Positions 1 to 12,364 of a DNA stretch of 64,000 nucleotides are shown in pieces (positions within the stretch are counted from its first letter, which is position 1; every line of letters starts with the position of its first letter). Origin of the DNA: Octopus sinensis. Taxonomy: Eukaryota. The stretch covers positions 135,904,001 to 135,968,000 of the forward strand of contig NC_042998.1 of the NCBI RefSeq assembly GCF_006345805.1. Reading direction: 5' to 3'. Under the pieces are notes generated by a model. That model had not been told where the DNA came from, searched no databases, and was given only the letters and a program-made list of their open reading frames with translations. A program made the translations under genes and the position numbers.

Positions 1-301
1 TTTTATCGTTTCTTTTTAAAATAAACAATAAAACATTGAGGTGTTTATGAGTAAGGAAGTAGTGGAAAGTGAGATAAATCTGGAGTACATAAATATGGTG
101 GGGTGGATTATGGGGTGGAAAAAAAACGTGACAACAATAATGCACAGGAAATGGATCAAAGAGAAAAATAGCAATTATGAAACTTTAAAAGCAATTATTA
201 AAAGCATAAGGTGCTGGGACGGCTATAAGGGTATGAATGGCTGTGTGGATATGAAAGTCGCTTTGTAACCACATTGTTTTAAGCTCAAACCTAATAGGTG
301 G

Positions 302-480
302 CTAATGATTTGTAGGTACGCGGTATTTCGTTATGCAACCATGATATACTATAAAGTATATTAAATGCTTTTGTAAGTCAATACCGCAGTAGAAAGCGAT
401 ATTGACTATAAAAACGTTTAATATACTTTATAGTATACTGTGGTTGTATAATGAAACACTGTGTACCTAAAAGTCATTAG
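302..480. repeat. Imperfect palindrome / fold-back MITE-like element (~85-bp arms, 8-nt loop AGTAGAAA)
   Basis: Left arm ctaatgatttgtaggtacgcgg...gtcaataccgc matches the reverse complement of the right arm gcgatattgac...aagtcattag, with 14 substitutions and 1 indel. Confidence 0.9.
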
Positions 481-890
481 TATTTACATACCAGCTTCCA
501 GGAATATGTTTAATATGTAAAATTGGTATATCCAATAACTACACCGATATACATAGTGGCTATTTAAGCAATGTGTTCGAGAATGATTAAAGGATTAGAT
601 GAGTGCTGATGAAGACACCCCCCCCCCCGCGCTCCCAGAAATATGGCATATATGCACCCATTACCCATTTTTCATCTTCCAACTCATTATTTCATCACAC
701 CTGAAACGTAACAAAAATTAGTGCTGGCTATAATGTCTATAGACTATCTGCAGAGATAAACTTAACAAGTAATCTAATAGGTGGCATTTTGGACGAGTGT
801 TTTTTATAATAGCTTCAGACTGAACAATGCATTATGAACCAAACTGACAAATGGCAACTGTAGGAGAACCTATCAAACACATGAACACAC

Positions 891-928
<38 letters not shown>

Positions 929-1481
929 GTATTGACTGTCAGTAGAAAGAGTATCCAATACTATATCAGAGGTAAGAATACTTTTATTTAGCCGAATCAG
1001 TCTCCTGCTACTTTGCATTCGCAGACACTACTACTTTGCATTCATAGTGCAAACTAGATAAATGGAAGTCAAAATCACTTTGTAACTTTTGCTAATTAAG
1101 AACAAAATATATGTATGTTAGGAAGGGCATCCAACCACACATAAGGAGGAGGAGGAGGAGGGGAGGGAAGAAGAAGAAGAAGAAGAAGAAGAAGAAGAAG
1201 AAGAAGAAGAAGAAATTTATGAAAACTGATGTGACTCTTCAAAAAGGTAAATAAGCAATAAGAGTGTCTGTCTTCCTTGGGTTCAAAATGGAAAATGAAA
1301 AAATGCAGAAATATAGACATCTAAAATATCAATGAGAATATCCTGCATTCTTTTTTTAGACAAAATGACAATATCAGTTTTTCATAACTGGTTACAAGGG
1401 AAAAGAAAAAAAAGAAAACAAGAAAGGGAACTCAGTCAAACAGTTTTGAGTAAATGTGATGAAATTTGCCTGTCATTTTAT

Positions 1482-2870
1482 TCATTCTTCCAGGGAGTGA
1501 CAAATATATTTGTCCTTACGCATTTTGAGGGCTGAAAGTGCAGTGGTGTCAGAATATTTTCTGAGAATGTGCTCTTTCAAGTGTTCCTCAAAATTACAGC
1601 TATTTGATGTAGAATGTTTGGCAAGTACTATTGAACTACTGCTATTGTGCCTAACGTCAAACCTACACCCACTGGATCTTTTATTTAATTGCTCTGTTGT
1701 GCAACCAATATAAATCAAGTTGTGTTCGATGCATTCCACTGCATACAGCAAATAAGAATCTTTATATGTCCCACCTTCTGTATAAATCTGAACATATGTT
1801 ACAATTTGTGATGGAATTGACTTGACTCATATTGTTGCACAATGAACAGGGCTTACCATTCTTGCAGCTGTTTTTTGGGGTACAGCATTCAGACTCCAAT
1901 GGTAGTTTTCTTGGGGTTAGAGTTAGTGTTTAATAGCTCTAAAATATTTTTATTTGCATCTAAAGGGGTACAATAGGTAGATGAGGAAATATTTGTTTTA
2001 AATGAGGGTATTTTTCTGAAATATATTGGTAACCTTCATACAACACTTGAAATGCCAGCGAAATTTTTGTGCCAGTTAATCAATGAAGGAATACAATCAC
2101 AAATTTTACTTTGGCTGCTAAAATTATGTGTGAAAGTTTCACTTTTTTTGCTATATCATTTGCAATTTCCTTTAATCATGATTCACTGTATACACATTTG
2201 ACATAATGACATACAAAAGCATTTGCATGCTTCCAGTAATCTCCTGTGTCAGTACAAATCCATTTTATCTTCAAAAACTGGGATTTCAGATTTGACTTAA
2301 CTGTATGATGTGGACGGTGGTGAAGGTAAATGTGATGTAGGCTTGCAAAATAACTGACACTATTCTGCCTTCTGAAAACGACTTTTGTGTCTAAAGACTC
2401 AACACTTAATTTTTGAAAACTAGAAATGAATTTTACATTGCACTTGAAGCCATAGTTTTTGTGAAACAGTTACATAAATGCAAGAAGTTAATTAAACTAT
2501 TCTGCAATCCTTCCCAGACAAAAGAACATGTCATAAATAAACCACAACCAGAGTATTAGTTCATAGCCATGCAACAATTTGAATGTCTCAACTGTGTCTT
2601 GAATTTTGTCACAAAGACATTAGTGAAATTAATTGCCATGGGGGTAACCATGGTGTAACCCTTCATCTGATGGTAAAAGTTTTGTCTAAACTTCATTGAG
2701 AGAAAATTAGATGAAATAAATTTACTTGACCATTTTGCAAAGGCATTCATGCATGCTTCCACCCCCCACCCACCACATCATGGTTACTTCGGTGCTCAGG
2801 ATAATTAATTTTGGACAATAAATCAAAAGTATCCTGAATATAGGAACTTGATCTTTTTGCTACAGGGACT
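1482..2870 (-). mobile_element. Degenerate Penelope-like retroelement (RT plus GIY-YIG endonuclease)
   Basis: Minus-strand fragments: FYHQMKGYTMVTPMAINFTNVFV (PLE RT YxQxxGxxMG..ANxF motif), LWLWFIYDMFFVWE (decayed WxRxxDD), YCKPT, then LYAVECIEHNLIYIGCTTEQLNKR (GIY-YIG). Many stops and frameshifts. Confidence 0.85.
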
Positions 2871-3129
2871 AGAAAGCAATTTAACCATTCTGAAATTTTG
2901 GTTGTAGAACATTAATACCCAATGCAAATTGGATGCAATGAAAGAGGTTTTTTAAAAACTTTTTATGTATTTTTATAAGACCATAACATACAGCTGTTTC
3001 TAACTGGTACTTCATTCCATTGACTGCGAAAGATTGAAAGGCAAAGATGACCTTGGTGGAATTTGAAATCAGAACATAGAAGTATGAAAGATATACCACA
3101 AAGTATTTTGACATGCTGACAATTCTTTC

Positions 3130-3540
3130 AATAATGATGATTTTTATGATGATGATGATGATGATGATGGAGGTGGTGGTGGTGATGATGATGATGGTGA
3201 TCATGACAACAATGAGGATGATGGCGATGATGATGATGACGGTGGGTGATGATGATGACAATGGTGATGATGATGATGATGATTTCTTTTATTTACCACA
3301 TGGATGCCTGATGAGGACAACATTACAAGGATAAGTTACAATTTGTGTGGAGATTTACATGAAAGCAATGAGAGGAAAAAATGATAATGACAGTTGTGAT
3401 GATGATGATGATGGCATTGCTGGTGGTGGTGTGGCAACGGCAGTAGTGGTAGTAGAATGATGGTGGTGGTAATGATGATGATGGCTATGATGATTACAGT
3501 GATGGAGGTGGTGTTGGCATTGATGGTGACAATGATTAAT
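3130..3540. repeat. Long degenerate (GAT/GGT)n trinucleotide tract
   Basis: Directly visible; generates spurious poly-M/I/D/H ORFs. Confidence 0.9.
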
Positions 3541-3791
3541 GTCACATCAGTTCTGAACAAAATCCTGCTGCCAAAGCTGTGTCTTCGGGGGGGTTAGTGT
3601 TAATTATAATACATAGAAGATAAACCGGCTTATTTAGCTCAGACCCAAACTGTGAGAACAAGTATTAAAGAATATTCTCATGTTATACATGATTAAACTT
3701 CTATAAAATAATTGAAGTTCAATTTTTTACATTTTCACATTTCAAGCAAAATGTACAGGAGAATAAAAAAAAAACAAAAAATAGAATCAAT

Positions 3792-3956
3792 AGGCACAAG
3801 CACGGCTGTATGGTTAGGAAGCTGGCCTTGCAACCTCATGGTTTTGAGTTCAATTACAATGTTCAACATCTTGGGCAAATGTCTTCTATTCTAGCCCAAA
3901 GTTGATCAATGCCTTGTGAATGAATTCAGACGATGGAAACTGTGTAGAAGCCCACT
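3792..3956 (+). mobile_element. tRNA-derived SINE 5' part (abundant family)
   Basis: A-box-like tggttaggaagc and B-box-like gagttcaattac, followed by the family core cttgggcaaatgtcttcta...ggaaactg seen in more than 10 copies in the window. Confidence 0.7.
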
Positions 3957-4899
3957 GTCATTGTCATCATCCTGGATTGGATGGTTTGATAGGAGCTGGC
4001 AAGTCACAAGACTGCACCAAGCTCTGTTGCCAGCTTTGACATGGTTTTTACAGATGGAAACCCTTCCTAACACCAGTCACTTTACAGAGTGTACTGGATA
4101 GTTTTTATGTGGCACCAGCAGCAGTGAAGTCACCAACTAATTTACAAAACAAGACCTCTCAATGGTGGAGGAGTGTAGGTTTGAGGAAGGTAGCTTTGTA
4201 CTGGATGAGAGATTAAACTATGAATAGAGATATAGGAATAGACATATTGTGCAGCCCATGCCAGCATGAAAAATGGACATTAAAGGATGATGATGATGAT
4301 GATGATATGTGTGTGTGTATATGTATATGTGTGTGTGTGTATCTATGTATGCATGTGTCCTTGTGCCACAAAAAAAGCACTAAGTCCACTTTGCTGAGTG
4401 GTCATTATTAGGAAGGGCATCCAGCTGTAAAAATCTTGCCAAAATAGTCACAGAAATCCGGTGCAGGCTTCGGGCTGGCTGGTTCTTGTGGTACAATCCC
4501 ACCCATGCTAGCATGGGACATGGACGTTAAATAATGATGATGATGCCGATGATATATATATATATATATGTATCAGCTTCCAAACTGATTTGACATGGTT
4601 TCTACAGCTAGATGTCCTTCCGAACACCAACCATGCCAAGAGTGTAATGGGTGTTTTTTTGTGCCAGTTTTTAAGGCATTATTGACCACAACTATGTTTC
4701 ACTTGACTTCAGGAGTCTTCTTAAGTTTCACTTGGCTTGATGAATATGTGTGTTTATATATGTATATACATATTAGTACGTATGTACATGTGTGTGTGTG
4801 TGCATGTGTCTACTTTGTTCCCCCCCACACATTCACATATACACACAGTTGATTGACAACTGGTGTTGGTTTGTTTATATCATCATAATCAAAATCGTA

Positions 4900-5183
4900 A
4901 TCCTGGCTGGCACCCATACTGGTGGCACACAATAAGCACCATATGAGCATGGGTCGATGCCAGCTCCACCTGACTGGCTCCTGTGTCAGTGGTATGTAAA
5001 ATGCATCCACTACACTTTCAGAGTTGTTGGCGCTAGGAGGGGCATCCAGCTGTAAAATCCTTGCCAGATCACATTGGAGCCTGCTACAGCCTCCTGGCTT
5101 GCCAGTTCTCAGTCAAACCATCCAACCTATCCCAGCATGGAAAGTGGATGTTAAACAATGATGATAATGATGATGACGATGAT
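4900..5183 (+). mobile_element. RTE-LINE 3' UTR fragment with (GAT)n tail
   Basis: gggcatccagctgt...cagcatggaaagtggatgttaaacaatgatgat, the same 3' end as the copy at 11641-12364 that is joined to RTE coding sequence. Confidence 0.75.
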
Positions 5184-7075
5184 TAGTGGGTTGGCAAAAG
5201 AGACCAAAAGAATAAGTACTGGGGTCAATTTGTTTGGCTGAACCCTTCAAAGTGGTGCTCTAATGCACTCAACGATTGAAACAAGTAAAAGGTAAAAGTA
5301 ATACTCACTCTTCTCTGAACATCTTTAAACAGTTTTTTTTTTTTTAAATTATTTTATTTCCAAACAAAATGGTTATTTTTTTTTTCATTTACATATATTC
5401 TTCTATTGTTACCAAACTTACTACACAACTATCACAGGTCTATCTATCTCAAGTTGGTACCGATTTGAACTTGGGGTGATTCCAACATATGGTTGGACAA
5501 ACCTGTTTAACTGATGTTGATAAGCAAAAGACCAACTGTAAGAAACTATTACTGAGGTGAAAGCATGGCTGGGTGATTGAAAAGTTTGCTTTCCAACCTC
5601 ATGATTTCAGGTTCAGTTACACAGTATGACACCAAGGACAAGTCACTCAAAGCACTGTGAGTCAATTTGGTAAACAAAAACTGAGAGAAGTCCATTGTCG
5701 TTGTCATTGTCATCATCATCACCACCATCATCATCATTTTAATGACCACTTTTCCATGCTTACTTGGGGTAGGGTGAAATCTATTGAGGCAGACTTTCTA
5801 CAGTCCGATGCCCTAGCTGTCACCAACCCTTATCTGTTTCCAAGCAAGGCAATGTTTCCCCTTGGCCAGGTATGTTTGGACAGAATAATGAAAATGAATT
5901 ATTTTCATTTTCAACAATCTCATACAGCCATAAATAAAAAAATAAATATGTATGTATGTGTGCAGGCATGTATGTATGCTTGTGTCTCTTTTATTGTGCC
6001 ATCACACAATAGATATAAGTGAGCATGGCTAACATATACACTGTGTTCCTCATTTCCAGTCTCCTAGGAAAATATAGGGAAATACTTTCTCACCTGGAAA
6101 TGGGGAGGGTTGGCAAAAGGGAGGGCATTCAGCTGTAGAAAATCCACTTCAAGAAATATGTCTGACCCATACAAGTATAGAAAAGTAGATATTAAAACAA
6201 AGATGATGATGATGATGGTTATACATTAAGGTATAGACAGAGTCCCATATTTGAATATATTATTGTAGTTGTTTGTGTATCATTTTTAAAGAAGTAGAGT
6301 ATGGCAGGGGCAACATTCATAATCTTTGAAGGCTTTCCCAGGCTGCTGAGAATGATGCAGCTTTTAGTTTATTTAATTTTCTTTTAGCTGCTGAGTCTGG
6401 AAGAAAGGGGCTGACCACACAACATTTTAGGCTTTCCAACTTTATACTGTTAATGTTTGTGGTACCCACTCCGAAGAGCTGCAGAACAATATCTACCAGA
6501 AGAGCTTGGGAGGGGAGAGAACCAATGGGCTGGTAGTAAAGACCAGGTATTGTTGTTGTTTAGCTTCAAGTTAGGCCTGATGGAGCAAGGCATACCTTCC
6601 ACAATCAGACTTTTTTCTTTCCAGGTAGCTGACTACATTATCCAATATATATTTCTTTTTCTTTTAAGGCAGTAAGGTGTAATTTGAAGGTAATTTGGCT
6701 GCTATTTCTAGTAGTCTAAGCAACCTGACTTTCTAGAAGATCTTTAACTGGTTTATGATAGTGCTGGTAGGCCTAACCCTCCAAATGCCTAGTCAACTAA
6801 ATTTCCAATCATACAAAGAGTATAAATAACAATCACTGACACTAGAACAATCCATATTTACAAATATGTTCAACTGAAACAAAGGAATATTTGGGATTAA
6901 ATTTACTACATAAATGACTATTCTCTGAATATAACTATCCCAGGTAACTCAGTGGGATGGTCATTATGCTAATAATAAACATATGCACTTGTCCTATTTA
7001 ACTTCTGATTCTTTGATTAAAGAAACAATCGATTAGTTATTTGATTAATACTTAACAAATTAACTAATAATGATG

Positions 7076-7123
<48 letters not shown>

Positions 7124-7659
7124 GAAGTTAACTACAATCAGTGCATGTGTTTATTATTGGCAAAATTACTCTCTCAAGATACAACAGAATCTGTTTCAAT
7201 ACACAAGTTCACATCAAGAATCTTGCAAACCAAATACAAACACTATATTCCGTTTCATATTGGTGAACTCTGATGAGTGTAAGATTATATAGCCGTATTG
7301 TTACCTAACACCCCATTGTAATCCTAGCATGAAACCAGCTGTGATGGATATATAATACTGTACATTTTGGATAATATATATATATATATATGTGCGCGTG
7401 TGTGTGTGTGTGTGTGTGTGTGTACGTGTGTGTGTGTGTCTGTGTACATGTATGTATATGCACACACATGCACACACACACATACTCACATAAATGCACC
7501 TTGATATGCACATAGAAATAATGATATAGATCTCATTCTCCTCATTGTACATCAGTAGGGTGTGGGTCATTCTGTCAATAAATATTATACATACACTGAT
7601 TATATCTCACTTCTTTACTTATTTGCCAATCTGAATTTTGAAGGATATTTTCACCATTC

Positions 7660-7900
7660 AAGTGGTTGAGGACTTCAGAAAATGAGCATCTGCAAAGCCC
7701 CTACAGCCAACCTCTATGAGCTAGCAGTGTGCATTCCAGCCTCTGGCCTAGAACTTATCCCCCGCTTCCTGGTACTTTATGTGATTCTTCTCCGTCATTT
7801 CACCAGCATACTCTTTCCAGAAACCCATAGATTCCAGCATGATCAATTCCTAGTTGCCTAAGGTGATGATCAGGACTGACTGTCGTGATATTGCTACCAC
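7660..7900 (-). mobile_element. Decayed RLE-domain fragment of a Hero/NeSL-type LINE
   Basis: Minus strand reads S-P-D...IMLE...KYQE...GWNA..IEVGCRGFA (IEVGCRGFA at 7691-7717), a typical C-terminal restriction-like endonuclease motif; frameshifted. Confidence 0.7.
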
Positions 7901-8299
7901 ATGTTGTGGGAACTTCAGTTGCTTGTTCAGATCAATGTACATATAAATGAATGAATGAATGAAAGAAACAGAGTGAGGGACAGACAGAAACAGAGTGATG
8001 GGCAGACAGAAAGAGAGAGAAGGGGGATAGACAGAGACAGACAGATAGAGAGCAGGGTATCTTTAATAAAAATAGATAATTTTCTGAGAGACCAAATTGC
8101 TTGTCAGGGTTACTTTTCACAGTATAAAGCAGCTTACCTTGTCAAGATATTCAAGTAAGGTACAAAGGTTTAACACTTAAAATTAAACTGTTCAAATGCT
8201 TTGATTATTATATTAGAACAAAGTGTAACATTCCTCCAAGTGGACATTCATGGAATTTTTTTTACTAGTCTTGCTTATTAATATTTGTTTTATCTTTTT

Positions 8300-8822
8300 T
8301 CCTTCTTTATCTTTTACCTTTTACTTGTTCCAGTCATTGGGCTGTGGTCATGCTGCCACATCACTTTTAATTGATCCCACCACTACAAATCAACATCAAT
8401 AGTCAATCAAGGTTGGGGGACACATACACACACACACACACATACACACACACAAAATTCACTTCTTACAAATCCACTCATAGCCTATGGCTATAGTAGA
8501 AGACACTTCTTATTTCTTTATTGCCCACAAGGGGCTAAACATAGAGGGGACAAACAAGGACAAAGGGATTAAGCCGATTAGATTAACCCCAGTGTGTAAC
8601 TGGTACTTAATTTATCGACCTTGAAAGGATGAAGGCAAAGTCGACCTCGGCAGAATTTGAACTCAGAACGTAGCGTCTGATGAAATACTGCTAAGCATTT
8701 CGCCTGCCATGCTAACATTTCTGCCAGCTTGCTGCTTCTACAAGGTGCCATACAGTGGAACTGAACCGAGAAACCATGTGGTTGGGAAGAAAACATCATA
8801 ACCACACAGCCATGCCAGCACC
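8300..8822 (-). mobile_element. tRNA-SINE interrupted by a second SINE (~8511-8735)
   Basis: Outer SINE halves ...agaagacactt | caaggtgccatacagtggaactgaacc are split by an inner SINE with head gagctggcagaa...gagttcaaattctgcc and tail cccttgtgggcaataaagaaata (minus strand). Confidence 0.75.
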
Positions 8823-9735
8823 TATATAAAATCTTTAAAAAAACATAATTGCTTTAAGTTCCTTTTTTTTTTTTATTTAATTAGAGTTTTCAGAAATATA
8901 AATTTAAAAACTGAAGAGTAGGGATATAACAAAGCATCTAAAGTTCTGAAAATGATGAATACAAACTAGTCTCTTTTTAACAGCAATTGTCATATGTATG
9001 ACAAATAATATTTAACTGGATCACTACATATTTTCAAGAAGACAGTCATACACTTCACACTCATTACACATAACCACAACTAAAACACAAACACAATGCA
9101 AATACATTGCTACAAATAATAGACCTTATAATGCTTGATGATCTCCCTCAGCAACTTCATGTATACTGCTCTGAAAAACTACATCCCTAAAGAACTTCAA
9201 GCACAATCAGTTGGTAACCCTCAACAAGTCTTAAGTAAGACAAATATTATCGGAGTTGGTTCAGGTTGATTTCAACTATACACTTCCCTCCATATTATGT
9301 GGCCTTCAAAGATGGTGAGCTGGCAGAATCATTACTATGCCAGGCAAAATGCTTAGTGGTATTTTGTCTGCTTTTACATTCTTAGTTCATATTCTGCTGA
9401 GGCTGACTTTGCCTTTCATCCTTTTGGGGCTGATAAAATAAGTACCAGTTGACAATGGGGTCAATGTAATCAATTTATGCAACCCTTGAAATCACTGGCC
9501 TTGTGAAAAAAATTGAAATCAATATTATGCTGCCTTCTCCCAACATTAACAAACTACTTTTATTGTTATTTCTTAATGTTATCGCTATACTTTTATTGTT
9601 TAACCCTCAGTCAACCCTGATCAAGTAGACCCATTATCAAAGATACTCAAATCATGGCCTTTTTTTAAAGAAATAGCGAACTCCAAACAAACTCATCTTG
9701 TGTGTAATTTTTAAGATGACAGAATGTGATATGAG

Positions 9736-9909
9736 CACTAGCGTAGCTAGAGGGAAGTGGAGGGGTGATCCCCCCTGGGTGGTACTTTTATGGGGGTGGC
9801 ACCACTTTGGCTCTGCTGTAGACAACATGTATTTTTTTTGGTGGGGGGGGGGCAAGGACAGCAATCTGAAAGGCCACTCTGGGTGACACACACTCTACCT
9901 ATGCTAGTG
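9736..9909. mobile_element. hAT-type MITE (174 bp)
   Basis: 17-bp TIRs cactagcgtagctagag / ctctacctatgctagtg (15/17 match) and 8-bp TSD GATATGAG / GATGTGAG. Confidence 0.85.
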
Positions 9910-10836
9910 GATGTGAGGGAGATTTGGTTACTGGCTCTAACAGGTCAAATGACTATGTTGAAGCACCTTCATTGGCTCATCATTGTTTTATTTCTGCTGT
10001 TATTGTGTTCTTCTTGGAGATACCATTTAGATCAGACATAAGCAACCTTTTCCAAGATGTGGACTACATGAGACATGACTCACCATCAAGTGAATAGCAC
10101 TACTACAAAAATTCAAGGTAATTTTTCCTTTGGTATGCCATTCAGAAAGAACTGTAAGCCAATGTACCTATAACTGATTTGAGTATTCTATATATTCGGT
10201 GAAATACTGTATAACTTCAACTCAAATAAGAGAACAATTTTGTAACTTTTCAGATAAACAATAAATTACTAATTATAATTATAAAGTAATTCTAATGATA
10301 CAGATACATATTTCAAATTGCTGAAACATCCTACCCACAATATTGCTAAAATATAAGCTTTAAATAACTTTAATTGACATCAATCAATTTAAAAATTAAA
10401 ATGATATTATACCAAGTTGAAACAGAAAAGAACAACAATGTAATATGTAGGATTAGAACCCTATATATTTTGCTTACCAGCTGACTATATTGTTGATTAC
10501 ACCAGAGAGTCCTTACCAGTCCTTCTTCTTAGATTAGATATTATAAATCTATTTTCCTGTCATATGTTGTTCTCTACAAGATAATTGACTAGTCACTTAG
10601 TGCTAAGAGGATAGGCCATACTATTAATGAGCAAACACAATAAGTGGGGGGGGGGTACATCCCTGTTTCATGTATATAATGATAAACAACATAATAAATC
10701 AAATTATTAACAGTTAAGACTTCCTATGTTGTCTCAATAATTAATAAAGGTTTGGTGAAACAAAAAGGAAAATAGAACTCAAAACATAATTACACACACT
10801 CACGGATGCACATGCACACAAAATGTAAACACACAA

Positions 10837-10982
10837 GGTGCAGACATGGCTGGGTGGTAAGAAGCTTGCTTCCCAAACACATGATTCAGGGTTCAGTCAC
10901 AATGCATGACATCTTGAGTGTCTTCTACTAGAGCCTTGAGTCAACCAAAGCCTTGTCAGTGGATTTGGTAAACAGAAACTCT

Positions 10983-11014
<32 letters not shown>

Positions 11015-11150
11015 GCATGCGTGTCTTTGTGGCTGTTTGTCCTCCCCACCCCTTCCACCGTTTGACAATCAGTGTTGGTGTGTTTACATCCCTGTAACTT
11101 AGCAGTTCAGCAAAAGTGCCCAATAGAATAAGTACCAAGCTTTAAAAAAA
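10837..11150 (+). mobile_element. tRNA-SINE with internal (GT)n
   Basis: tggctgggtggtaagaagcttgcttccc...gggttcagtc head, internal (GT)n and gaataagtacc core. Confidence 0.8.
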
Positions 11151-11459
11151 TTAGCTTACTTATATGTATATAAGCATGGCCGCAGCCTTCGGGCTAAAAC
11201 ATTTTTAAGGATTTAAGGATATATATATATATATATATAAATATATAGTGACTGTTTGGTAAGAAGCTTGCTTCCCTACTACATGTTTCTGAGTTCAGTC
11301 CCAATGCATGGCCCTTTGGGCAAATGACTTCTACTATAGCCTGGGCCAACCAAAGCCTTGTGAGTAGATTAGGTAGACAGACAGCAACTGAACTTTTTAC
11401 TTCTTACCACATACACATTCATGAAACTATTATATAAGTATATATCTATGTCTGTTTAT

Positions 11460-11517
<58 letters not shown>

Positions 11518-11529
11518 TACATGTGGAAA

Positions 11530-12364
11530 TGTTTGAAGGTCATGCTTGACTACCTCATCCCATGTCTTCCTGGGTCTACCTCTCCCCCGGATACCTTCAA
11601 CTGTTTGGGAGTGGCACTTCTTCACACATCTCTCCTCATCCACAGAGGCAATGATGAAAGACAGATCTCTGGAGATATGCTGTGACAGCAAATAATGTGA
11701 GTTCATGGCTGCTTCCTGCACCAGTTTCGCATAGCCCCAGCCCATCTGAAGTACCTTGGATTGCAGAACGACCTGCTGTGCTTACTTTGGATCATAGGGT
11801 GACCTGCTGTACTTGAGGAGACCTATTGAGTCAAGTACATCAGCATCAAAATAAATATCAAATGGAAATTGTAATTATGATACCTGTGCCGGCAGAACGT
11901 AAAAAGCACCATCCGAACGTGGCCGATGCCAGCGCCGCCTTGACTGGCTTCTGTGCCGGTGGCACATGACCTGCTGTGCTTGAGGAGACCTATTGAGTCA
12001 AGTACATCAACATCAAAAAATCAAATGGAAACTGTAGTTGTGATACCTGTGCCGGTGGCACGTAAACAGCACCATCCGAACATGGCCGATGCCAGCGCTG
12101 CCTTGACTGGCTTCTGTGCATGTGGCACATAAAAAGCACCAACCGATCATGGCTGCTGCCAGCCTCCCCTGGCATCTGTGCCGGTGGCACATAAAAAGCA
12201 CCCACTAAACTCATGGAGTGGTTGGCGTTAGGAAGGGCATCCAGCTGTAGAAACACTGCCAGATCAGACTGGAGCCTGGTGCAGCCTCCTGGCTTCCCAG
12301 ACCCTGGTCGAACCGTCCAACCTGTGCTAGCATGGAAAACGGACGTTAAACGATGATGATGATG
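11530..12364 (+). mobile_element. 5'-truncated RTE-clade LINE with inverted 5' segment and TSD ATGTGGAAA
   Basis: 11530-11640 encodes DEERCVKKCHSQTVEGIRGRGRPRKTWDEVVKHDLQT on the minus strand. From 11641 the plus strand continues TEAMMKD..DLWRYAV, then the 3' UTR and a (GAT)n tail. Direct repeat ATGTGGAAA at 11521-11529 and 12365-12373. Confidence 0.85.

Noticed and set aside
2881-3560. Hydrophobic poly-I/M ORFs resembling membrane proteins
   Set aside because: They derive from (GAT/GGT)n repeats plus a SINE fragment.
3792-3870. tRNA genes
   Set aside because: A/B-box sequences here and elsewhere are SINE heads with no complete cloverleaf.
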